The translations under genes were made by a program, and so were the position numbers. Below, piece after piece: positions 57,689 to 64,000 of a stretch of 64,000 nt of DNA (the first letter of the stretch is position 1; every line of letters starts with the position of its first letter). The stretch is from an uncultured Planctomycetia bacterium (GTDB lineage Bacteria > Omnitrophota > Gorgyraeia > 1-14-0-20-64-10), in assembly GCA_964597545.1 (NCBI GenBank), contig CAZQXN010000004.1:6683-70682 (forward strand). The letters run 5' to 3'. The notes beneath the pieces are model-generated. The model was not told the origin of the DNA. It worked only from the letters and a program-made list of their open reading frames with translations, and ran no database searches.

Positions 57689-59230
57689 GTGCTGGCCAAG
57701 GTTCATTCTGCAGCGCTCGTTGGCTTGACCGCCGTTCCGGTTGCGGTAGAGGCGGATGTCTCCAACGGTTTGCCCGGGGTGACTGTTGTGGGCCTGCCGG
57801 ATACCGCGGTTCGGGAGTCCAAGGTTCGCATCCGCTCAGCCATCAAAAACAGCCAGTACGACTGGCCCATGAGCCGGATGACGGTCAATCTCGCTCCTGC
57901 TGATGCTCGGAAAGAAGGTTCAGCCTTTGATTTTCCGATGGCGCTGGGGCTCTTGGCTGCCTCCGGCCAGATGGATCCGACTGCCTTGGCCGACACCGTC
58001 ATCTTGGGGGAGCTGGCGCTGGATGGCTCCTTAAGGCCGGTTCCAGGGATTCTGGCGGTTGCCTTAAGCCTTCAGGGCAAGGGCAAGCGCCTTCTTCTTC
58101 CGGCAGCCAATGCGGCTGAGGCAGCCATGGTTGAAGGGGTTGAAGCCTACCCCTTAAGCTGCCTTCCTCAAGCGATTCAGTTTCTGGAAGGGCGAGAGGA
58201 GGTCAGCCCGGCGCAGGTCGATTTGACAAAGCTTCTCCAGAATGATCCTGCGTCAGATGGCCTGGATTTTTCAGAGGTGAAGGGGCAGGTGACCGCCAAG
58301 CGAGCCATTGAGATTGCCGTTGTTGGAAGCCACAATCTGCTTTTGCTCGGTCCACCCGGTGCCGGCAAGACCATGCTGGCTGAGCGGATTCCAACAATCC
58401 TGCCGGAGATCTCAGCACCCGAGGCGTTGGAGACTACCTTAATCTACAGCGTAACCGGGCACCTGCAATTGAGTCGGCCCCTTCTGAATAAGCGGCCCTT
58501 TCGTTTTCCGCATCACACGGTATCCGACGTGGGGCTTGTCGGAGGCGGTTCCCCTCCCAAGCCAGGGGAGATCTCCCTGGCGCATCACGGGGTACTCTTC
58601 TTAGATGAACTGCCGGAGTTCCCCCGCTCAGTCTTAGAAAGCTTGCGCCAACCTTTGGAGGAGGGGAGGATCACGGTCTGTCGAGCCAGAGGAACCACCA
58701 CCTTCCCGGCTAAGTTCATGTTGGTTGCCGCCATGAATCCATGCCCGTGCGGTTTTGCCGGGGATGTCACCAAGAATTGTCTTTGCACCCCCAGCCAGTT
58801 CCTCAAGTACCGCTCCAGAGTCTCCGGCCCCTTGATGGACCGGATTGACCTCCACGTTGAGGTCCCGGCCCTTTCCTACAGCGAGCTGACTGAGGAAACT
58901 CCAGCAGAGTCCTCCACGGCTATCCGGATGCGAGTAACCCAGGCTCGTGCTCGTCAACAAAGGCGCTTTCAGGCTACCCCCAGCTGTTTTGCCAACGCCC
59001 AAATGCGCCACCGGCACCTCAAGCGCTTCTGTTCCCTCTCTGAGGAGAGCCGCCAGCTCCTCAAGGATGCCATCTCGGGCTTGGGTCTCTCTGCCCGCGC
59101 CTACCACAAGATCCTTAAAGTTGCCCGAACCATTGCTGACCTGGAAGCTGCCCCTGATATCGTTCCTCACCACCTGGCAGAGGCGATCCAATACCGCCTT
59201 CTGGACCGCTCCTATGCCGACTCCCTCTAA
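57689..59230 (+). CDS. comM: YifB/ComM Mg-chelatase-like AAA+ ATPase
   Basis: [55 protein letters not shown] and ARTIADL. Confidence 0.96.
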   Translation: MLAKVHSAALVGLTAVPVAVEADVSNGLPGVTVVGLPDTAVRESKVRIRSAIKNSQYDWPMSRMTVNLAPADARKEGSAFDFPMALGLLAASGQMDPTALADTVILGELALDGSLRPVPGILAVALSLQGKGKRLLLPAANAAEAAMVEGVEAYPLSCLPQAIQFLEGREEVSPAQVDLTKLLQNDPASDGLDFSEVKGQVTAKRAIEIAVVGSHNLLLLGPPGAGKTMLAERIPTILPEISAPEALETTLIYSVTGHLQLSRPLLNKRPFRFPHHTVSDVGLVGGGSPPKPGEISLAHHGVLFLDELPEFPRSVLESLRQPLEEGRITVCRARGTTTFPAKFMLVAAMNPCPCGFAGDVTKNCLCTPSQFLKYRSRVSGPLMDRIDLHVEVPALSYSELTEETPAESSTAIRMRVTQARARQQRRFQATPSCFANAQMRHRHLKRFCSLSEESRQLLKDAISGLGLSARAYHKILKVARTIADLEAAPDIVPHHLAEAIQYRLLDRSYADSL

Positions 59231-59741
59231 CCAGAAGATCATCGTTGATCAGGTAGAGCGCCGAATCCTTCTTATTCGAAGCCAGAAGGTAATGTTGGAC
59301 TCGGACCTGGCGAAACTCTACGGGATTGCAACGAAGAAATTGAACCAAACAGTCAGACGTCACATCAAACGCTTTCCACGGGATTTTATGTTGCAGCTGA
59401 CCTGGGAAGGGGTAGAGAAGCTTTCAAGGTCACAATTTGTGACCTTGAAACATGGGCAGAATATCAAATATCGGCCCTACGTTTTCACAGAACAGGGAGT
59501 AGCGATGCTCTCGTGTGTTCTGAACAGCGAGCGAGCCATTCAGGTTAACATCGCCATCATGCGGGTTTTTGTGAAGCTCCGGAAGATGTTGACCAACCAC
59601 AAAGGGTTGGCTCAGAAACTGGAAACGCTGGAAAAGCGATACGACGCGCAATTCAAAATAGTTTTTGACGCGATTCGCAAGCTCATGATACCCACCCATC
59701 GGCTTCGGCGTCGCATTGGGTTCCATTCACAGAAGCGTTAG
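59214..59741 (+). CDS. ORF6N domain protein (second copy)
   Basis: QKVMLDSDLAKLYG, RFPRDFM.QLT, PYVFTEQGVAMLS and RRIGF. Confidence 0.9.
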   Translation: MPTPSNQKIIVDQVERRILLIRSQKVMLDSDLAKLYGIATKKLNQTVRRHIKRFPRDFMLQLTWEGVEKLSRSQFVTLKHGQNIKYRPYVFTEQGVAMLSCVLNSERAIQVNIAIMRVFVKLRKMLTNHKGLAQKLETLEKRYDAQFKIVFDAIRKLMIPTHRLRRRIGFHSQKR

Positions 59742-59767
59742 ATGGATTCAGCGCAAAGGAGGAGAAG

Positions 59768-60049
59768 ATGATTAAACTTGTTACGTTGACTGTTGAGCGG
59801 ATGAACCGGTTCGAAGGAGAAGGGACCGCCCGCGCCTTCTGCGATGTGGCCATCGGCGGCTCCTTTCTCATCAAGGGGATTAAGGTCCTAGAGGGTAAGA
59901 AGGGCCTCTTTGTTAACATGCCCCGCGAGAAAGGAAAAGATGACCAATGGTACGGCACCGTCATCCCTTTAAGCAAAGAGGCCTACCAGCAGCTCTCGGA
60001 GACTGTCCTTACGGCCTACCACTCTGAAACCACCCCTTCCACCGAGTAA
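59768..60049 (+). CDS. spoVG: SpoVG family nucleic-acid-binding protein
   Basis: AFCDV.I...F.IKGIKVLEGKKGLFV.MP; AAGGAGGAG RBS. Confidence 0.88.
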   Translation: MIKLVTLTVERMNRFEGEGTARAFCDVAIGGSFLIKGIKVLEGKKGLFVNMPREKGKDDQWYGTVIPLSKEAYQQLSETVLTAYHSETTPSTE

Positions 60050-60280
60050 CCCACTGCAGCTCAATACGCAGGCGGCAGTCACTCGCACAACTCGCACTCG
60101 TGGGACGCTCACCAGGAGCGGCGGAATCGGGGCGGATTTGACGTAACTATTGATCAGGTATTAGGTTAACGAGATTTGTGCTTGCGGGCCCGGAACGCTG
60201 GGGGGCCGAAAAATTTGATGAAATTACCCCCTTGCAGCTTAGGAGATAGTGTATACTTTCTTACTGTAAGGAACAATATA

Positions 60281-60376
60281 GGTCTGAAAAAGGCAAACTA
60301 TCCGAAAGGGTAGGGCGTAACGCCATAGAGCCGTCAGGGTTATGTAATGTAACCCCCGGCAGTCGGTTGCCAGATC
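60281..60376 (+). ncRNA. c-di-GMP-I (GEMM) riboswitch
   Basis: P1 ggtctg/cagatc, GGCAAAC-tatcc-GAAA-gggtag P2 tetraloop stem, GGCGTAACGCC junction, and P3 ending GGCAGTCGGTTGCC. Followed by a terminator. Confidence 0.85.
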
Positions 60377-60383
60377 AAACGGT

Positions 60384-60423
60384 AAAAGCCCTAAGCTTTT
60401 GGATAAGTTTGGGGCTTTTTTTA
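60384..60423 (+). terminator. Intrinsic terminator (riboswitch expression platform)
   Basis: aaaagccctaagctt-loop-aagtttggggc followed by a T7 tract. Confidence 0.8.
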
Positions 60424-60502
60424 TTTGTACACTAGCTTGATTCTTGGCGGAAGAAGATATGGTGGAATCTCAAAGGGATTGAAGGAAAAGGGGGTTGCGG
60501 GA

Positions 60503-61645
60503 ATGAAGAGCAAGATGAAATTGATTATAGGTATGATAATGGGATTTTCATTCTCGGTAGTGATGCTATGTATGGGGGGTAGTTCCATATATGCTGCCGA
60601 GCTTGAGGTGGATAAGGAGGAATTTAACGAAAAATGGCAGGAAACCTACAAGGAACTTCAGGAGATTGATCCTACAGCAGCCGAAGAATTTCGCGCTTTA
60701 ACTGTGGAGGAATTTGAAGTAGGAAATGTCGGATATGTTCCTGAAGAGAGAGGGGGGACTGAGGAAATAGGTCCTGGCCCTGCTCCCGGTCCTAGGCCTG
60801 GTCCGCATGTCGGTCCCCGTCCTGATCCCGTGGAAGCTTTGAAAGCAAAAGGAATAAGTGATGAGGATATTGGCAAGATTCGCAAGGCTGAGGAAGCATT
60901 AAGCGTGGAAAGCGAGAAGGTCGAATGGGATAAGCTGACTCCCGAGGAAGCAAGGAAGGTGGAGCAGTCCTTCGGAGAACGTTTCAAGGAAATGAGCGGG
61001 TATGATCCAAAAGATATTTTTGCCCCGCCTCCGGGAGACCACCACCCAGAAGGCCCATATCACGGGCCAGGACATGAGGGGCCTTACGCTGGTCCTCATC
61101 ATGAAGGGCCTTATGTCGGTCCTCGTCCGGAACCTGGCTTCATAGAGGGTCCATATCCTGGGCCAGGACATGAAGGACCTTACGCCGGTCCTCATCCAGA
61201 ACGTGGTTTTGAAGGTCCCGTGATGGGGGGGCCGATGCCTGAAGGTCCCGTGATGGGGGGGCCGATGCCTGAAGGTCCCATGATGGAGGGCCCGGCATTT
61301 GAGGGTCCTATGATGGGGGGGCCGATGCCTGAAGGTCCCATGATGGATAGGCCGATGTTTGAAGGTCCTATGATGGAGGGCCCGGCGTTTGAGGGTCCCA
61401 TGATGGAAGGGCCGGCATTTGAGGGTCCCATGATGGAGGGCCCGGCGTTTGAGGGCCCGGCATTTGAGGGCCCAGCGTTTGAGGGTCCGGCGTTTGAGGG
61501 CCCGGCATTTGAGGGTCCGGCGTTTGAGGGCCCGGCATTTGAGGGCCCAGCGTTTGAGGGTCCGGCATTTGAGGGCCCAGGAGAGGATATAGAGCATATC
61601 CATGATGAGAATATGCCACCACCTCCAGAAGAGAATAATCCGTAA
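60503..61645 (+). CDS. Secreted acidic protein with EGPxx tandem repeats
   Basis: Signal peptide (..IYA-AE), helical acidic N-part, then (H)EGPY.GP, EGP(V/M)MGGPMP and EGPAF repeats. Confidence 0.8.
   Translation: MKSKMKLIIGMIMGFSFSVVMLCMGGSSIYAAELEVDKEEFNEKWQETYKELQEIDPTAAEEFRALTVEEFEVGNVGYVPEERGGTEEIGPGPAPGPRPGPHVGPRPDPVEALKAKGISDEDIGKIRKAEEALSVESEKVEWDKLTPEEARKVEQSFGERFKEMSGYDPKDIFAPPPGDHHPEGPYHGPGHEGPYAGPHHEGPYVGPRPEPGFIEGPYPGPGHEGPYAGPHPERGFEGPVMGGPMPEGPVMGGPMPEGPMMEGPAFEGPMMGGPMPEGPMMDRPMFEGPMMEGPAFEGPMMEGPAFEGPMMEGPAFEGPAFEGPAFEGPAFEGPAFEGPAFEGPAFEGPAFEGPAFEGPGEDIEHIHDENMPPPPEENNP
61040..61580 (+). repeat. Coding tandem repeats (15- and 30-bp units)
   Basis: gagggcccggcattt-like 15-mers and gaaggtcccgtgatgggggggccgatgcct 30-mers. 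Confidence 0.9.
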
Positions 61646-61707
61646 GAAGGCTAGTGGCCTATACTGGAGAGTTGTGGGGTTTGAGGTAAGGTAGGTAACT
61701 GCAGAAA

Positions 61708-61747
61708 AGTAAAAGGCCTACTTCTTCAAAGAAGTAGGCCTTTTACT
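61708..61747. terminator. Bidirectional terminator
   Basis: Perfect 18-bp inverted repeat agtaaaaggcctacttct/agaagtaggccttttact between convergent genes. Confidence 0.85.
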
Positions 61748-61758
61748 ATAGAGAAATA

Positions 61759-62862
61759 CTAGAAACTTACGTAGAGTCCTGCCAGGTGCGAAACCTGGTC
61801 GTAGTCGTAAACAGCATAGTTTGAGTCTGACTTCTTGTGCGTGAAGGTGTATGACAAGGTCCAGTCTTTCTTCAGCGTATAGTAGAAGTATAACTTCTGG
61901 GTATATACATCGTCGTATTCCATTTCAGCATATGATGCAGGTGAGCCCACCCTGCGCTTGCAGTAGTTCTTTCGTTCATAGGCCGAACTGGCTTTGGCAT
62001 ACAGTTTCTTTGTGAGGCTACGGCCAAGCTCTCCTGTCACCTTATAGGAATACAGGTCGTAGTACTCCCTGTAGTTGTCGTTGGAAGTTTCTGTGTAGAA
62101 CTTTTGCTTGATCTTAGCGTTGTTTTTGCCCAGGAGAGGAAAACCCAGGTTGTATTCAAAAGCATGTCTGTTTTTTTCCACCACCATTCCGGAAATAAAG
62201 TCAGTGCTGGTGTTTGTGCGTGGTCGCTTTTTATCGTACTCCTTAAAGGAGTACTCGTATTTACCATCGTGAGACCAGCGTTTCCAGAATCGGTGCTTGA
62301 ACTTCAGGAAGAGCTTATCCTCCGTATAAGAGGAGGTTCCGGCGTCAGGGTAATGGACGTACTGGCGTTCCCACCCTGGCTGTAACTCAAAGTAAGGTTT
62401 TCCGGTAGGGAAATATTTAAGGATGACTTTAAAGGCAGCGTCCAAGATGGTCGTATCCTGGTTGTCGAAGTAGATATCGGCATAATGCCACGGACCGATC
62501 TCTGCCCCAAAGTAATCGTTGAAGGTAGGAACCCAAGCAAAGGAAAAATACTGTTCGAAATATAGGTCTCCCCGTCGGTCAGAATTGGTATTGGCATTTT
62601 TGTCGTATCCAATGTGAAGACCGACTGTTCCTTTGGTGGCGCGCAGTTGTTCGCGTTGTTTCTCTTCCATCTTGCGCAAGGCGCGCTGCTTGAGCATCTC
62701 GATCAATTCCTCGGCAGAGCTTATAGCCGCGCCTCTGTCTTCCGCAAGCCCTTCCGCCAGGCGGTCCTCTCGGGCCTCTTCCGATTGGGCCCATCCCGGC
62801 GGCGGATTGATGAGTAGGGCTCCGACAATCAAGCTGAGCAGAAAGAGATCCTTTCTTGCCAT
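61759..62862 (-). CDS. Outer-membrane beta-barrel protein
   Basis: Signal peptide, coiled N-terminal segment, GYDKN motif, alternating aromatic beta-strands and terminal ..GLYVSF. Confidence 0.78.
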   Translation of the reverse strand: MARKDLFLLSLIVGALLINPPPGWAQSEEAREDRLAEGLAEDRGAAISSAEELIEMLKQRALRKMEEKQREQLRATKGTVGLHIGYDKNANTNSDRRGDLYFEQYFSFAWVPTFNDYFGAEIGPWHYADIYFDNQDTTILDAAFKVILKYFPTGKPYFELQPGWERQYVHYPDAGTSSYTEDKLFLKFKHRFWKRWSHDGKYEYSFKEYDKKRPRTNTSTDFISGMVVEKNRHAFEYNLGFPLLGKNNAKIKQKFYTETSNDNYREYYDLYSYKVTGELGRSLTKKLYAKASSAYERKNYCKRRVGSPASYAEMEYDDVYTQKLYFYYTLKKDWTLSYTFTHKKSDSNYAVYDYDQVSHLAGLYVSF

Positions 62863-62973
62863 TTTTTCTTCCCTCCCCCCTTAGTTAGAATTAAAAACAA
62901 CATACGCTTTTTGCAAACAGTTGTCTACATTTTTGTCAAGTTATTTTGGTGCAAATAACTGTCCCCCTAACAA

Positions 62974-63624
62974 GTGGCCGCTATCGAGATTGCGGTGGCC
63001 GGCTGCCACAACCTCCTCTTGATTGGCCCGCCCGGTGCCGGCAAGACCATGTTGGCTGAGCGGATTCCAACAATCCTGCCAGAGATCTCAGCACCCGAGG
63101 CATTGGACACCACCTTGATCTACAGCGTGACTGGGCATCTTCAGCTGAGTCGACTCCTGTTGAATAGACGGCCCTTTCGCTTCCCGCACCACCTTGCTCA
63201 AGAGGCAAAGGGCCGCTCCGGCATGCTGGTACTAACCCCGAAAGCCATCCAGGACCCAGCCGGCCTGGAGGAACTCGTTAAGCGCCTGCCTCCAGAGCTC
63301 TTGCAGCGGATCATCTGGTTCAACACAGGTGTTGCCCTGGCCAAACGCCTGCATGCCCTGGAACCCACCCTCCAGATCATAGAGGACTACAACACCCAAG
63401 CCCTGGTCCTAAAACTCCTAAGCCAGGAAGCAGCAGAAAAGATCTCCACCACCTCTGAATCCCTCACCCTCTACCTCCAAGAAGTCCTCCCCATGACCGT
63501 CACCTATCTGAAAGCCCTCACCGTCAAGCTGATCCTTGTCGCCTTAGGGGTCCCCATGGAGCAGCTCAACCAGATCGATCCCACCCAGCTAGAAACCCTC
63601 TTCGCACCGATTACCGCTGCTTAA
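62974..63624 (+). pseudogene. Chimera of an internal comM fragment and the C-terminal domain of an AGLEE giant protein
   Basis: 62977-63192 parallels comM at about 58301-58516. 63193-63624 parallels about 56570-57001. Confidence 0.85.
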
Positions 63625-63628
63625 CCCT

Positions 63629-63690
63629 AAAATCGGTACCAGGTACCAAACCCACAAATCGGTACCTGGTACCAAGAGCTGGTACCAAAA
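63629..63690. repeat. GGTACC-family REP-like cluster
   Basis: aaaatcggtaccaggtacc...aaatcggtacctggtacc...ggtacc. Confidence 0.78.
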
Positions 63691-63717
63691 CGGGCAAGGC
63701 TTTGCTAAAATACCTCT

Positions 63718-64000
63718 ATGCCAAGAGCTCCCCGGCTGGATTGGAAGCGCTTGCGGCGCTACAGCCTCACCGAACGGCCCAGCAAGGTTAATCAGAAGGC
63801 CTTTGCCAAGGCCACCCCTGCAGGTTCTTCTTTTCGAACCTTTACCGGAAATCTGCCTAACATACTGGCCTCAGAGAAGTTCCTGCGATTGGTAGAGGCG
63901 CTCGCCTCTGCTCACAAGCAGCGCAAACCGGTCCTGGCTTTCCTGGGGGCCCATGTCTTGAAGGTGGGTCTGTCTCCCCTGATCATTGATTTGATGGAGC
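63718..64000 (+). CDS. Conserved hypothetical protein, possibly deoxyhypusine-synthase-like fold, 3'-truncated
   Basis: Manual translation MPRAPRLDWKRLRRYSLTERPSKV...LPNILAS...KPVLAFLGAHVLKVGLSPLIIDLME, open to the window end. TGcTAAAAT-6-ATG upstream. Confidence 0.7.
   Translation, partial: MPRAPRLDWKRLRRYSLTERPSKVNQKAFAKATPAGSSFRTFTGNLPNILASEKFLRLVEALASAHKQRKPVLAFLGAHVLKVGLSPLIIDLME

Noticed and set aside
60140-60172. taactattgatc...ggttaac segment as a dif/att recombination site
   Set aside because: No convincing match to the XerC/XerD arms, no partner site and no integrase.
61040-61580. Tandem repeats as a possible CRISPR array
   Set aside because: Units are 15/30 bp, contiguous, vary at third codon positions and have no unique spacers. 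They are coding repeats, and no cas genes are present.
56570-63624. Duplicated C-terminal region as a DGR template/variable repeat pair
   Set aside because: Differences are not confined to adenines, many are synonymous, and there is no reverse transcriptase in the window.
1-64000. tRNA, rRNA, tmRNA, SRP or RNase P genes
   Set aside because: No cloverleaf or diagnostic conserved motif was recognised in the intergenic regions by eye. A covariance search would be needed to exclude them fully.

Overview
A 64-kb, mostly GC-rich bacterial chromosomal segment. The giant signal-peptide proteins with short delimiter motifs, the 'E.ITYYP' N-terminal adhesin-like paralogs, spoVG and the futalosine pathway suggest a PVC-type lineage such as Ca. 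Omnitrophota; this is inference, not proven. Housekeeping blocks are sucCD, tldD/tldE, a biotin operon with a BirA-type box and a bioD-bioA fusion, futalosine menaquinone genes, fur-hemA-feoB-dtxR, yqeY, dcd, gpmA, ychF, pabB/pabC-like genes, purH, folC, comM and spoVG. The most unusual feature is a pair of large secreted proteins (16068-13009 and 51347-57001), plus an orphan C-terminal relic at 63193-63624. Each has a shared leader and a terminal domain, with unrelated cargo modules between them. The modules look like S1 repeats, HPr, JAB/MPN and ADP-ribosyltransferase domains, and each is delimited by an [AST]G[LQMI]EE motif that is also conserved in the DNA. This is a candidate cassette-built polyvalent effector or polyprotein system. 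Other notable items: three tandem beta-helix adhesin-like paralogs; a RAYT transposase inside a perfect 26-bp inverted repeat; several REP-like palindrome families, some translated in frame inside sucD, bioDA and mqnE; a c-di-GMP-I riboswitch ahead of an EGPxx-repeat secreted protein; a KamA plus two Ddl-like ligase operon; and recurrent leaderless promoters. No rRNA, tRNA or CRISPR array was seen.
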